Positions 1 to 10,351 of a stretch of 64,000 bases of DNA are shown piece by piece. The DNA is taken from the NCBI GenBank assembly GCA_965213685.1, contig CBDBZY010000012.1, positions 32,001-96,000 of the forward strand. Reading direction: 5' to 3'. Made by a program: the position numbers and the translations under genes. This DNA is from a bacterium (lineage in GTDB: Bacteria > UBA8248). The notes under the pieces are model-generated. The model was given only the letters and a program-made list of their open reading frames with translations. It was not told the origin of the DNA and did no database searches. The first letter of the stretch is position 1; each line of letters opens with the position of its first letter.

Positions 1-8
1 TGAAGGCA

Positions 9-1010
9 ATGATCACGGGTCTCATGGCGGCGGCTTTTTTGAGCGCGCCGGCGTTCGCCGCGGACGAGGCGACCATGCGCGCCGCAAAGAAAGAGGGGAA
101 GGTTACCTGGTATTCTTCCATCACGCTGAACATCGCGCAGGACATCTGCAACCGCTTCAACAAGAAGAAAACGGGCGTTCAGTGCGTTCTCCACCGCGAC
201 GGATCGGGCAAGCTCTATCGTCGTTATCTGCAGGAGCGCAAGGGCGGGATTTATGTCGCCGACGTGATTCACACCTCGAACCTGGGCCATTTCCTGAACC
301 TCAAGGCCAAGAAGATCATCACGCCCTACAAGCCGGCCGGCACCGACAACTTCAACCCGAAGTTCGTGACCAAGGACAACTACTGGACGATCCTTCGCGC
401 GGGCGTGTTGATGCCCTTCTACAACACCAACAAAATCAGCGCGAAAGACGCGCCCAAGACATATGCGGATTTCCTCGACCCCAAATGGAAGGGCAAAATC
501 GTTCACTCGCACCCGAGCTATAGCGGATTCGTCACGAACGGGATGATCAACCTCGTGAACAAGTTCGGCTGGGATTATTACAAGAAGTTGGCCAAGCAGA
601 AGCCAAAGATCGTGCAATCCGCGGCTGGCGGCATTCCTCTCGTGGCGCGCGGCGAGCTCTGGCTGGGCGCGGGCACGACCTCCTATGCGCTGCTCAAGAA
701 AATCCAGGGCGGCGAGCCGCTCAAGCCCATCGTTCCTCCGGCGGGCCTGGCGCTCGTGACCTCGCCCAACGGCGTGTTCACGAAGGCGCCGAACCCCAAC
801 GCCGCGCGCGTGTTCACCGACTATCTGTTCAGCATGGAGACCATGCAGCTGCTGGCGGACTACTTCCTCTATGTGGGCAACCCCGACGTGAAGTATCCCA
901 AGGCGCTGCCGCCGCTCAAGGACATCAACCTGATGAGCATCGGCGGGACGGAGTTGAAGAAGAAGAACAAGCCGACGCGCAAGCAGTTCAAGAAGTTCTT
1001 CGGCGTATAG
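9..1010 (+). CDS. ABC transporter substrate-binding protein, Fe3+/polyamine/thiamine-type
   Basis: Signal peptide (AAAFLSAPAFA); motifs AKKEGKVTWYSS, DFLDPKWKGK, KAPNPNAARVFTDYL; first gene of an SBP-permease-ATPase operon. The true start may lie slightly upstream of the window. Confidence 0.85.
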   Translation: MITGLMAAAFLSAPAFAADEATMRAAKKEGKVTWYSSITLNIAQDICNRFNKKKTGVQCVLHRDGSGKLYRRYLQERKGGIYVADVIHTSNLGHFLNLKAKKIITPYKPAGTDNFNPKFVTKDNYWTILRAGVLMPFYNTNKISAKDAPKTYADFLDPKWKGKIVHSHPSYSGFVTNGMINLVNKFGWDYYKKLAKQKPKIVQSAAGGIPLVARGELWLGAGTTSYALLKKIQGGEPLKPIVPPAGLALVTSPNGVFTKAPNPNAARVFTDYLFSMETMQLLADYFLYVGNPDVKYPKALPPLKDINLMSIGGTELKKKNKPTRKQFKKFFGV

Positions 1011-1157
1011 GAACAGAGGGGCGGGGGCGGCTTCTTAGCGCGAAGTCGAGAGGTCGCTCCCGCTTCATTCTTGTTTTTCGGCAGACTGCGTTTTTCAAAA
1101 TGACTTGATGGAAAATGACTTGACGGGTTGTCACCGCCGGGCAGAAAAGAGGCGCAC

Positions 1158-2907
1158 ATGACGCAAGACGCACGCCCGCTTCCGCGAATGGTATCGAGCG
1201 GAGAGCCGCCTTCAGCCACCAGAAAGTTCGATTACACCGTCATCGTCTGGGTGGTGATGTTCATCCTGCTGGTCATCCTGGTGGCGAATCCCATCTTCCA
1301 GCTTTTCAAGGAGAGTTTCTTCGTCTCCGAGGACGAGACCGGCGGCTTCACCTTTCAGAATTATTTCGACGCCTTTCAAACCTCGGAATACTACAAGCCG
1401 ATATACATCACGATGATGCTCGCCCTCTCCGTGGGCGTCATATCCCTGGTGGTGGGGGCCGTGATGGCCTGGGTGGTCAGCCGGACGGACGTCCCCTATC
1501 CGAATTTGCTCCGAAACGGCATCCTGGCCTCTTTCGTGACCCCCCCCCTTTCTGGGCGCCATCGCCTGGATATTCCTGGCCGGACGCAACGAGGGGTGGC
1601 TGAACAAGCTGATACGCTGGATATTCTGGCTGAGCGACGAGTTTTACGTGTTCGACATCTTTACGATGAAGGGCGTGGTGTTCGCGATGTCGCTCTACAC
1701 GTTCCCCCTCGTCTTCATCGTCGTCCTGTCGGGCCTGAACAACATTTCCTCGGACGTGGAGGACGCGGCCAATGTGGCGGGCGGCGGCACGTTCCACACG
1801 ATGTTCAGCATCACCCTGCCGCTGGTGGCGCCCTCGCTGTTCGCCGGCTTCATCCTGGCGGCGCTGGAGGCGATGATTCTGTTCGGCATCCCCGCCGTTT
1901 TGGCGATTCCGGCCGGCCAGCACACGATGACGACCCAGCTGCGCGCCTTCATGGTCTCGGAGGACGACCTGCTCGGCCTCGCCTCCGCCTACGCGATGCC
2001 CATGCTCGTTTTGGCGATCTGCATGGTCTGGACGCGCGGCGTGGTCCTGGGCCGCCGGGGCTACGCCACCGTCGGCGGCAAGGGCGGCCAGCGGCGCCCG
2101 CAGAAGCTCGGGGTCTGGCGAATTCCGGTGTTTTTACTCTGTCTGCTCCCGCTGGTGTGCGCGATCGTGCTGCCCTCGTTCTCCCTGCTGACCACCTCGT
2201 TCATGAGAAACCTGGGCGGCGGGTTGAACTGGGCGAATTTCACCCTCTGGAACTATCATTTCATCCTGACAAACGACGCGGTGCGGGTGGCGATTTACAA
2301 TACGATTCTCCTGGCCGTCATGGCGGCGACCGGCGCCACCATCGTGGCGGCGATCTCGGCTTTCATCGCGCAGCGCCAGCTCATCAAGGGGCATCAGTAT
2401 CTGGGGTTCATGGCGACCGCGCCCATCGGGATTCCCGGCATCGTTCTGGCGGTGGGCCTTTTCGCAGCCTATACGAAGCAGCCCTTCGTGCTGTATGGAA
2501 CGCTCTGGATCATGTTCCTGGCCTATCTCACCAAATATCTGCCCCTGGCGTATCAGACGTCGAACGCGGCGCTCACGAGCATCCACCCGGAGCTGGAGGA
2601 GAGTTGCCGCATCATGGGCGCGAACCGGCTGCAGGTTTTCAAGGATGTGACGGTGCCCCTGTTCAAGACGGGGATCATCGCGTCGTGGATACTGGTGTTC
2701 ATGCCCTCGCTTCGGGAGCTGAGCGCCTCGGTTCTGCTCTGGACGACGAACACGAAGGTCATCTCGGTGGTCATCGTGGACTTTTATGAGGAAACGCTGC
2801 TGGGGCCCATATCGGCCCTGGGCGTTTTGCTGCTGCTCATCACTTTGGCGGCGATTGCGATCGGTTTCCGCTTGGTGGGGAGAGACTTCATGCGGTCGGC
2901 CGGATAG
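1158..2907 (+). CDS. ABC transporter permease (FbpB-like, two domains), one apparent +1 frameshift
   Basis: N-part in ORF 1128 frame to ...FVTPP, C-part in ORF 1648 frame; removing one C from the 9-C run at 1540-1548 restores TPPFLGAIAW. Two EAA-type loops (VEDAANVAG, LEESCRIMGA). Confidence 0.85.
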
Positions 2908-2924
2908 CGAAAGGGAGATTTGCG

Positions 2925-4004
2925 TTGGCGGTTCTAGACCTGAAAGGCCTGTTGAAGATATTTGGCACGGACGTGCGCGCGGTGGACGAGATAGACCTCC
3001 ACATCGAGCACGGGGAGCTCATCTCCCTCCTCGGCCCCTCGGGCTGCGGCAAGACGACGACGCTGCGGCTCGTGGCCGGTTTCATCGATCCGAACGCCGG
3101 CAAGATCGTGATGGACGGGGAGACCATATCGGACGGCGCCAGCGTCATTCCGCCCGAACGTCGCAACATGAGCATGATTTTCCAGAGCTACGCGATTTGG
3201 CCGCACAAGACGGTGGCCCAGAACGTGGGCTACGGGCTGAAGTTTCGGGGCATCACGGGCGCCGAGGCGGACAAGCGCGTGAAGAGCCTCCTCTCCATCG
3301 TGCAGATGGACCACCTGGGCGCACGGTATCCGGGGGAGCTTTCCGGCGGCCAGCAGCAGCGGGTGGCGCTGGCGCGCGCCCTGGTGGTGGAGCCGGCCGT
3401 GTTGCTGCTGGATGAGCCGCTCTCGAACCTGGACGCCAACCTGCGCGAGGAGATGCGGTTCGAGATCAGGCGCCTGCATGATGAGTTTCACATCACGAGC
3501 ATTTACGTGACCCACGATCAGGCCGAGGCGATGGTCACCAGCGACAGGATTTGCGTCATGAACAACGGAAAGATCGAACAACTCGGCTCGCCCTCGGAGA
3601 TATACGACGTTCCGGCGACGAAGTTCGTGGCCGAATTCGTCGGCGTGACGAACTCGATTCCGGGAAAGATCAGCGTCCCCGGTCTTTTCGAGGCCAGCGA
3701 GGGCGCGAAATTCATGATGGCCTCCGACGGCGGAACGGCGGGGGGCCTCGTCTCGATACGGCCCCACCGCATCCAGGTCCATCCCGAGGGCGCCGACGTG
3801 GGCGGCATGGACGCCCAGAACGTGATCGATGGCGAGGTGATACGCGGATATTACTTTGGCAGCACGGTGGACTATCTGGTGAGAGTGCCCGGCCTGGTGG
3901 AGCCGCTTCGGGTGATTGGCGACCCGCACGAGTTTTTCGACGTGGGCAGCAGGGTGCGGCTGACCATCGACAAGTCGGCGGTCATTCTCGTGAGCGACGA
4001 TTAG
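2925..4004 (+). CDS. ABC transporter ATP-binding protein (PotA/FbpC-like)
   Basis: GPSGCGKT Walker A, LSGGQQQR signature, LLLDEP, YVTHDQ, C-terminal TOBE-like region. Confidence 0.92.
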   Translation: MAVLDLKGLLKIFGTDVRAVDEIDLHIEHGELISLLGPSGCGKTTTLRLVAGFIDPNAGKIVMDGETISDGASVIPPERRNMSMIFQSYAIWPHKTVAQNVGYGLKFRGITGAEADKRVKSLLSIVQMDHLGARYPGELSGGQQQRVALARALVVEPAVLLLDEPLSNLDANLREEMRFEIRRLHDEFHITSIYVTHDQAEAMVTSDRICVMNNGKIEQLGSPSEIYDVPATKFVAEFVGVTNSIPGKISVPGLFEASEGAKFMMASDGGTAGGLVSIRPHRIQVHPEGADVGGMDAQNVIDGEVIRGYYFGSTVDYLVRVPGLVEPLRVIGDPHEFFDVGSRVRLTIDKSAVILVSDD

Positions 4005-4020
4005 TCGTTCTCCTCCGTTC

Positions 4021-4983
4021 ATGCAAATCGTCATTCCCGACGACAGCTTCCGGTTGTTTGAGAATTCCGAGGCACTCGAACGCCTGCGCACCCTGGGCGA
4101 CGTGCGCCACTACACCGAGAGAGCCGAAAGCGGGGAGGCGCTCCTGGAGCGTCTCCAGGATGCGGAAATCATTCTGACGACAAGGTATCAAACCGACTTC
4201 AAGACGACCGATTTGCTGGATCGCATCCCCCGCCTGAGGATGATCTCCGTGATGGGCACGCGCCCGCGCATGATCGACATGGAGCGCGCCAACGCGCGCG
4301 GCATCGTGGTGAGCACCACGCCTGCGGCGAGTGCCGCCTCGGTCGCCGAGCACACGATGATGCTGGTGCTGGCCCTCTCGAAGAGGATGCCGATCATGTT
4401 CCCCGCCATGCGAGCGGGGGGCTGGCCGCAAGACCAGGGGGTCGAGCTGGCCGGAAAGACGCTGGGGCTCATTGGCTTCGGCCACATCGCTCGCCTCGTT
4501 TGCCGCATGGCGCTCGGCTTCGGGATGCGCGTCGTCGCTTGGTCGCGCTCGATGACGCCTGCGCGCGCGGGGGCGGAGGGTGCGGAGGCGGCCTCCGTGG
4601 ATGAATGCCTGGGGGCGGATGTGGTGTCGCTCCACATCCATCTGCCGGCGGGGGCCGCGCCCTTCATGTCGAGAGAGAAATTCGCCCGGATGAAGAAAAC
4701 GGCGTACTTCATCAACACTTCGCGCGCCCGCATCGTGGATGGCGACGCCTTGCTGGACGCCTTGCGGGATGGCCGCATCGCCGGTGCCGGCCTCGACGTG
4801 TTCGAGCCCTTCGAGCCCCTGCCGGGGGATTCGCCGTACCGCTCCCTGGACAACGTCCTCATCACGCCGCATTCGGCCTGGATCACCGACGGCACGTATG
4901 CGCGATTCCGGAACGCGCCGGTGGCGAACGTCGAGGCGTTTCTCAGAGGCGCGCCCACCCACGTCGTGAGAGAGGACGCCTGA
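4021..4983 (+). CDS. D-2-hydroxyacid dehydrogenase family protein
   Basis: GLIGFGHIA NAD-binding motif, INTSRA, AGLDVF, ITPHSAW. Confidence 0.88.
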   Translation: MQIVIPDDSFRLFENSEALERLRTLGDVRHYTERAESGEALLERLQDAEIILTTRYQTDFKTTDLLDRIPRLRMISVMGTRPRMIDMERANARGIVVSTTPAASAASVAEHTMMLVLALSKRMPIMFPAMRAGGWPQDQGVELAGKTLGLIGFGHIARLVCRMALGFGMRVVAWSRSMTPARAGAEGAEAASVDECLGADVVSLHIHLPAGAAPFMSREKFARMKKTAYFINTSRARIVDGDALLDALRDGRIAGAGLDVFEPFEPLPGDSPYRSLDNVLITPHSAWITDGTYARFRNAPVANVEAFLRGAPTHVVREDA

Positions 4984-5073
4984 GCGGCGCCCGCCCGCGC
5001 GGAACCCCCGACGCGCAAACGAACCCCCCGCCCGCTGCCCGCTGCGCAGACGGCGGGAATGGGGTCGCGCGCG

Positions 5074-5754
5074 CTAATCCTTCTTGATCAGTATGTTGTT
5101 GTACAGCACCGCCGCCGCCACGCCTCCGATGATGGGCCCTATCCAGTAGACGAGATGGTTGACGCCGTCAAAACCGCCGCCGGCGAGTGCGGTGCCGAAG
5201 GTGCGCGCCGGGTTCATGGCCGCTCCCGTGAGCGGGCCGCCCATCAGGATGTCGGCGGCGACGGTCAGGCCAATCGCGAAACCGCCGACGTCAGGGCGCC
5301 TGTCGTCCACGGCGGATCCCCAGATGGCGGTCACCAGGAAAAATGTGAGGACGATCTCGATCAGGACGCCCGTCCCGAAGCTCACGTCGCTCGCGAGGGT
5401 AGGCGTCCCCAGATTCACCTTCTGCCAGACGTCGGCGTCAAAAATGACTCGCAGGAGGATGCCGGCCACGGTTCCCCCCACCAGCTGGCTGATGATGTAG
5501 GAGGCGCCCGTCCCGCCGTCGGTCTTTTTCGTCACCATGAAGCCGATGGTGACGGCCGGGTTGTAATGGGCACCCGAGACGTGCCCCAGTGCGGAAATCA
5601 TGACCGACAGGATCAAGCCGTGCGCCAGGGCGATGCCGATCAAGCCCACGGCGCCTCCCGTTTTTTGGTTCAGGATGATGGCGCCGGCGCCGATGAAGCA
5701 CAGCGCGAAGGTGCCGATGGCTTCGGCCACGCAGGCTCTTCCTGTAGGACTCAT
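5074..5754 (-). CDS. MIP family channel (aquaporin)
   Basis: Two NPA motifs (SGAHYNPAVT, AAMNPARTF), AEAIGTF, hydrophobic helices. Confidence 0.93.
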   Translation of the reverse strand: MSPTGRACVAEAIGTFALCFIGAGAIILNQKTGGAVGLIGIALAHGLILSVMISALGHVSGAHYNPAVTIGFMVTKKTDGGTGASYIISQLVGGTVAGILLRVIFDADVWQKVNLGTPTLASDVSFGTGVLIEIVLTFFLVTAIWGSAVDDRRPDVGGFAIGLTVAADILMGGPLTGAAMNPARTFGTALAGGGFDGVNHLVYWIGPIIGGVAAAVLYNNILIKKD

Positions 5755-5891
5755 TTTTCCCCTCCTTGCTCATCCGGGCGAAAGAACGTATGGCAGTCCG
5801 CGCGCTCCGTGGACTTTATATGTGGGACTCCAGCGGCCTCCAGTGAAAGGGAACGGCTCGTTTTCAAGGCGCCCCTCCCCATCATAGCAAA

Positions 5892-6851
5892 TCATGGAGC
5901 GGACACCACGTTTTGGGGCTTCCCCGAGAGGGCGGCGGCGATGTTCTCGACCGCCATCAGGAGGCCGGCCTCCGTCACCTCGGGCGTGATGCCCGCGTTG
6001 TGGGGGGAGAGAACCACGTTTTCCAGCTTTCCCAACGGGTGGTGCGGCGGCAGGGGCTCCTGGTCGAACACGTCGAGGCCCGCGGCGGCCAGGGCGCCGT
6101 TTTCCAGGGCGGATACGAGCGCCCCCTCGTCCACGATGGGGCCCCGTGCGGTGTTCACCAGGATGGTGTTTGGCCCCATGCGGGAAAACGCCTCGGCGCC
6201 GACCATGCCGACGGTATCCGCCGATTGCCGCACGTGGACGGAGACGACGTCGGCCCGCTCGTACAAATCGTCCAGCCCGACGAACCGCAGTCCCACCTCT
6301 GCGGCGAAATCATCGTCCGGATGAAACGTCCAGGCGATGAGGTGCATCCCGATTCCGGCGGCGATGCGGGCCGTCTGCCGGCCGATGGCGCCCAAGCCGA
6401 TGAGGCCGAGGGTTTTTCCGCTCAGCTGCGTCATCCGGCCACGGGGCCATTCCCCCGCCCGCATGGCGGAGTCGTTCCGGGGTATCTGGCGCGCGGCCGC
6501 CATCATGAGCGCCAGGGCATGTTCCGCCACGGAAACGGCGGCCACGCCCGGCGTGTTCGATACGATGACGTCTGCGGCCCCGGCCGCCTCCAGTGCGACG
6601 TGATCCGTGCCCGTTCCCCAGATGGACAGCACCCGGAGGCCGCGACAACGCGAGAAAAAATTCGCGTCGAACTTGCAGAAGGCCCGTATGTTGATGACGC
6701 CGTCCGCCCCGCTCACGCGGCGGAGCAATTCTTCGGGCGTCTGCGGATTCGACCCGTGAATTTCCGCATCGCCGATCTCCCGCAGGCGCGCCTCGGCGGC
6801 GCTGCCCGCGAAAACGGACGGGTAGTCGTCCGGCACAACGATTCTGCTCAC
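5892..6851 (-). CDS. D-2-hydroxyacid dehydrogenase family protein (SerA-like)
   Basis: GLIGLGAIG, VNTARG, AGLDVF, LSPHNAG. Confidence 0.88.
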   Translation of the reverse strand: MSRIVVPDDYPSVFAGSAAEARLREIGDAEIHGSNPQTPEELLRRVSGADGVINIRAFCKFDANFFSRCRGLRVLSIWGTGTDHVALEAAGAADVIVSNTPGVAAVSVAEHALALMMAAARQIPRNDSAMRAGEWPRGRMTQLSGKTLGLIGLGAIGRQTARIAAGIGMHLIAWTFHPDDDFAAEVGLRFVGLDDLYERADVVSVHVRQSADTVGMVGAEAFSRMGPNTILVNTARGPIVDEGALVSALENGALAAAGLDVFDQEPLPPHHPLGKLENVVLSPHNAGITPEVTEAGLLMAVENIAAALSGKPQNVVSAP

Positions 6852-6973
6852 GAACCCTCCCTCCTCCTTGCGCGCCAGAAAATGAACGCGCCCGACGGTT
6901 CTCTTTTGCCGTCCCTTTGTGCATCATGCGCAAGTTCGCCTGTATTCTTATGACACTGAAGGAGACAAGACAA

Positions 6974-7528
6974 GTGACGCCCCTCGACCCACGCAAAGAC
7001 AGCGCAATTCCCGGCGAGCGCACGATTGACAAGCCGGAACTGCCTCCGCAGGGCTATGCCTTCACCATGTCCGCCGACACGGAAACGATAGAGGGAAAGG
7101 GACAACTCAAGCGGGGGACGCACAGACACTTCGAGGTGTATTGCGACGAGCCGCCCCGCATCGGAGGCGAGGACTCCTACCCGCAGCCGCTTTGCTACAT
7201 CGCCATGGGGGTGGGGTTCTGACTGCTCACCCAGCTGGCGCGGTACGCGCACATGATGAAGGTGTCCTTCCGGCACGCCAGGGTGCACGTGGATTTCGAC
7301 TATTTTCTCGGCGGCTCCGTCCTCCGGGGGACGGTGCGTTCGGGCTGCTCCGAGGTGCGCACGCATTTCGAGGTGGAGTCCGACGAGGCGGCGGAGAGGA
7401 TTCTGGCGGTCATCCGGAACGCGAAGCGAGGGTGCTTTGCCGAGCAGATGGTGACGGCCGCCGTTCCGCTGAAAAGCACGGTGGCGCTGAATGGCGAGTC
7501 GGTTTCCCTGGGCGGCGCATCGGAATGA
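6974..7528 (+). CDS. OsmC/Ohr-like protein with in-frame TGA (7220-7222), probable selenocysteine
   Basis: ORFs 6917..7222 and 7253..7528 share a frame; read-through gives DEPPRIGGEDSYPQP...GVGF-U-LLTQ...AKRGCFAEQ, an OsmC-fold pattern with the first catalytic Cys coded by TGA. AAGGAG RBS precedes GTG 6974. Confidence 0.75.
7238..7250 (+). promoter_or_regulatory. Putative SECIS hairpin of the OsmC-like gene
   Basis: GCGCG-GTA-CGCGC, with a G-starting loop 20 nt after the TGA; folded by eye only. Confidence 0.5.
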
Positions 7529-7655
7529 GGCGCGCGTCCGCGATGCGACGGGCGTCACGCGGTCGCGGAGGGGATTTCAGTTCCCCGGGGCGCGCACCGG
7601 GAATGAGGCGGAAAACGCCCGGAGGCCGGGTCTCGCGTCGGCTGAAGCCTGCGCT

Positions 7656-9167
7656 CTAGGCGGGGGTTGAATTCGCCGCCACCGCGCGCCGTCCCGCAGC
7701 GGTTCCCGCCAGTCGCCCGTATACGGAGCCGAGGGTGAGCCCCGCTCCCCCCGGGTAGTTGAAGTAATAGACGCCGCCCACGAGTTCGCCCGCGGCGAAA
7801 AGCCCGGGGATGACCTCGTTTTCGGCGTTCATGACCTCGGCTTTGGGCGTCACGCGGATGCCGCCGAAGGTGAACGTGATGCCCGTGGTGACGGCGAAGC
7901 CGAGATAGGGCGGCGCGTCGATGGGCAGTGCCCAGTTCGACTTGGGCGGGTCGATGCCCTTCGTGCGTTTGCCGTCCTTGATGGTCGGGTTGTATGCGCC
8001 CGGCTGAACCGCCGCGTTGTATTCCCGAATCGTCCGGACGAAGGCGTCGACCTCGATGTCGAGCTGCTCGGCGAGTTCCTCCAGGGTGCCGGCCTCGGCC
8101 TTGGTGACCTCGCGGATGCGGTATTCGTCGCGGAGCATGTGCACCGTTTTCTGGTCGAATATCTGGAAGGCGGCCCGCTGGGGCTGCTGGAGGATGTTTC
8201 GTCCGTATTTGGCGTAGGTGTAGTTTCGGAAGTCGGCTCCCTCGTCCACGAAGCGCTTGCCCTCGATGTTCACGATGACGCCGAACGGGTAGGAGTGCTT
8301 CTGGTAGGATTCGCCCACCGTGAGGTCGCCGAAGGGCGGGGCGTTCAAATCCCAGGCGACGGCGTGGCAGCCGCTCCAGTTCCCGTAAGGCTGGGCGCCG
8401 ATGTCGAGGGCCATCCGGATGCCGTCGCCCGTGTTGTAGGGGGTGCCGCGGACTTTCGCGAGCTCCCAGCCCGGGCCGAGGTATCGGCAGCGCATCTCGG
8501 AGTTCGCCTCGAAACCGCCCGAGGCCAGCACCACCCCGTGCGCCTCGATTTCGTAAGGCCCCTCGGGGCCTTTCACCTCCACGCCCCGCACGCCGCCCAT
8601 GGGGTCCGTGAGAAGTCGGGTGGCCTTCGATGCGTAGCGGACCTCGACGCCCGCCTTGTTCGCGGCGTCGAGGAGCGAGTCGATGAGGCCGCGCCCGCCC
8701 CCGACGATTTCGAGAATCAGCCCGCCCCAGAAGCGCATCTTGCCGTCCACCTGGAAGGCCTGCCTGCCGGCGGCGAGGATGAGCCGCAATCCCTTGGACT
8801 GCATCCATTTCAGGGTCGGGAACGATTCGTGGATGAGCACGGAGGCGAGGTCGCCGTCCGTCTGGTATTCGGTCAGCATGGCGAGGTCGTCAAAGAATTT
8901 TTCGGACGTGTAGGGCTCAATCTCGATGGCTTCCTTCTCGGCGTCGGACAGATCGGGCACGAGCGAATAGATGTCCTCGATGCTGTGGAAGGCGAAGCGA
9001 AACAGCCCTCCGGAAAAAGCCGAGTTGCCGCCGCGCCACGCCTCGGGCGCCTTCTCCAGGGCCAAAACCCTCTCCGCCCCCTGGTCGCGGGCCGCGAGCG
9101 CCGCGCAGAGCGCGGCGTTGCCGCAGCCCACGACGACGACGTCGTATTTCTCTGTAGCGTTCGGCAT
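7656..9167 (-). CDS. tcuA: FAD-dependent oxidoreductase, tricarballylate dehydrogenase TcuA family
   Basis: VVVVGCGNAALCAA FAD motif, RGGNSAF, LASGGFEAN, GITFTFGG, YPGGAGL; no tcuB partner in the window. Confidence 0.78.
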   Translation of the reverse strand: MPNATEKYDVVVVGCGNAALCAALAARDQGAERVLALEKAPEAWRGGNSAFSGGLFRFAFHSIEDIYSLVPDLSDAEKEAIEIEPYTSEKFFDDLAMLTEYQTDGDLASVLIHESFPTLKWMQSKGLRLILAAGRQAFQVDGKMRFWGGLILEIVGGGRGLIDSLLDAANKAGVEVRYASKATRLLTDPMGGVRGVEVKGPEGPYEIEAHGVVLASGGFEANSEMRCRYLGPGWELAKVRGTPYNTGDGIRMALDIGAQPYGNWSGCHAVAWDLNAPPFGDLTVGESYQKHSYPFGVIVNIEGKRFVDEGADFRNYTYAKYGRNILQQPQRAAFQIFDQKTVHMLRDEYRIREVTKAEAGTLEELAEQLDIEVDAFVRTIREYNAAVQPGAYNPTIKDGKRTKGIDPPKSNWALPIDAPPYLGFAVTTGITFTFGGIRVTPKAEVMNAENEVIPGLFAAGELVGGVYYFNYPGGAGLTLGSVYGRLAGTAAGRRAVAANSTPA

Positions 9168-9378
9168 TTCTCAAAACCTCCTCGAAGCCTTTCTCTGGGG
9201 ATGGCCTATGTCTGGGTGGAGAAGCGGAAAATCGCGTCGTTTTGCAGGGGTTTTCCGTCCCGTCTGGCAAGATCGTGCGAACCCGGTTCCTGTCTAGCAT
9301 ACGGAAGCGGCCCGGTCAAAACTCCGGATGCGAGACGTCCGCGCCCATCGGCGTGGGCGGAGCGTGGTTTCTCCCTGG

Positions 9379-9407
9379 TTGACGGACGGGATGCGCTTTC
9401 GTATAAT
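9379..9407 (+). promoter_or_regulatory. Sigma70-type promoter for tcmP-DUF5131
   Basis: TTGACG (9379-9384), 17-nt spacer, TATAAT (9402-9407). Confidence 0.7.
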
Positions 9408-9482
9408 TTTCTCTTGACTGAATGGAGATGATGGCAAGGCGTGCTGGACGGCATGAACGTTTGGAGAATAGGAGTCTAGAAT

Positions 9483-10349
9483 TTGTCGGGTGGCGAAAAA
9501 CCGTTTGGCGGAGATTGGACGCGCGAGAAGCTCGATATACTGGAGAAGTATCTCGATGCGTATACGACAGCGCTGAAGAACCGGCGTTTCCGGCTCATCT
9601 ACATGGATGCGTTCGCGGGCACGGGCCGCGTAGAGCTTTCTGGTGACAAGGAGGAGAGGCGCCTGAGTAAGGAGGAGGGGCGCTTCCTGAGTGGCTCCGC
9701 AGAGCGTGCCGTCAAGGTTGACGACAAGCCTTTCGACAAGTTGATTTTCGTCGAAAAAGACTCTGCGCGGTGCGAGAAATTGAAGGGCTTGCGCGAGGCG
9801 TATCCCTGCAGAAATATCCAGATCGCAAACGAGGATGCGAATGCGTTTCTAGCCAGCTTTCAAGTAAATAGGGATGAGTGGCGCGGCGTCTTGTTCCTGG
9901 ATCCGTTCGCCACCGAGGTCGAATGGGAGACCGTCCGTAAAATTGCAGGGTTGCGCGCCCTGGACACCTGGATTCTGTTTCCCACGTCCGCTATCGCGCG
10001 GATGCTGCCAAGGTTGAGACAGCCGGACGATATCAGTGAGGAGTGGGTGAACCGCCTGAACAGATTTTTTGGTGACGAAAGCTGGCGGAAAGTGTACAAA
10101 GAGAGTCGGCAGGGGGAGCTGTTTGGTGAAAATGCGCAGACCAGGGAGCCGGGCGTCGGCGAGTTTCTCGAAATCTACAAGGACAAGCTGGCGGAATTGT
10201 TCGACAAAAGGTTTCTACGAAAATCCAGGAAGCTGTCCAACTCCAAAAATTCCCAGTTGTTCGAATTTTTGTTTTGCGTGGGCTATGATAGTAAGAAAGC
10301 AATCCGTCTCGCCAAAGAAATCGCAGAACACATCCTGAACAATCTGTAA
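9483..10349 (+). CDS. tcmP: Three-Cys-motif partner protein TcmP (SAM-dependent methyltransferase-like)
   Basis: FGGDWTREKL..L..YL, YMDAFAGTG (SAM-binding motif I-like), FVEKD, FLDPF; adjacent to a DUF5131 gene; visibly more AT-rich than the flanks. Confidence 0.8.
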   Translation: MSGGEKPFGGDWTREKLDILEKYLDAYTTALKNRRFRLIYMDAFAGTGRVELSGDKEERRLSKEEGRFLSGSAERAVKVDDKPFDKLIFVEKDSARCEKLKGLREAYPCRNIQIANEDANAFLASFQVNRDEWRGVLFLDPFATEVEWETVRKIAGLRALDTWILFPTSAIARMLPRLRQPDDISEEWVNRLNRFFGDESWRKVYKESRQGELFGENAQTREPGVGEFLEIYKDKLAELFDKRFLRKSRKLSNSKNSQLFEFLFCVGYDSKKAIRLAKEIAEHILNNL

Positions 10350-10351
10350 CC

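Noticed and set aside
1540-1548. Phase variation or programmed frameshift at the poly-C run in the permease
   Set aside because: A one-base homopolymer excess matches the indel error pattern seen elsewhere; it cannot be distinguished without reads.
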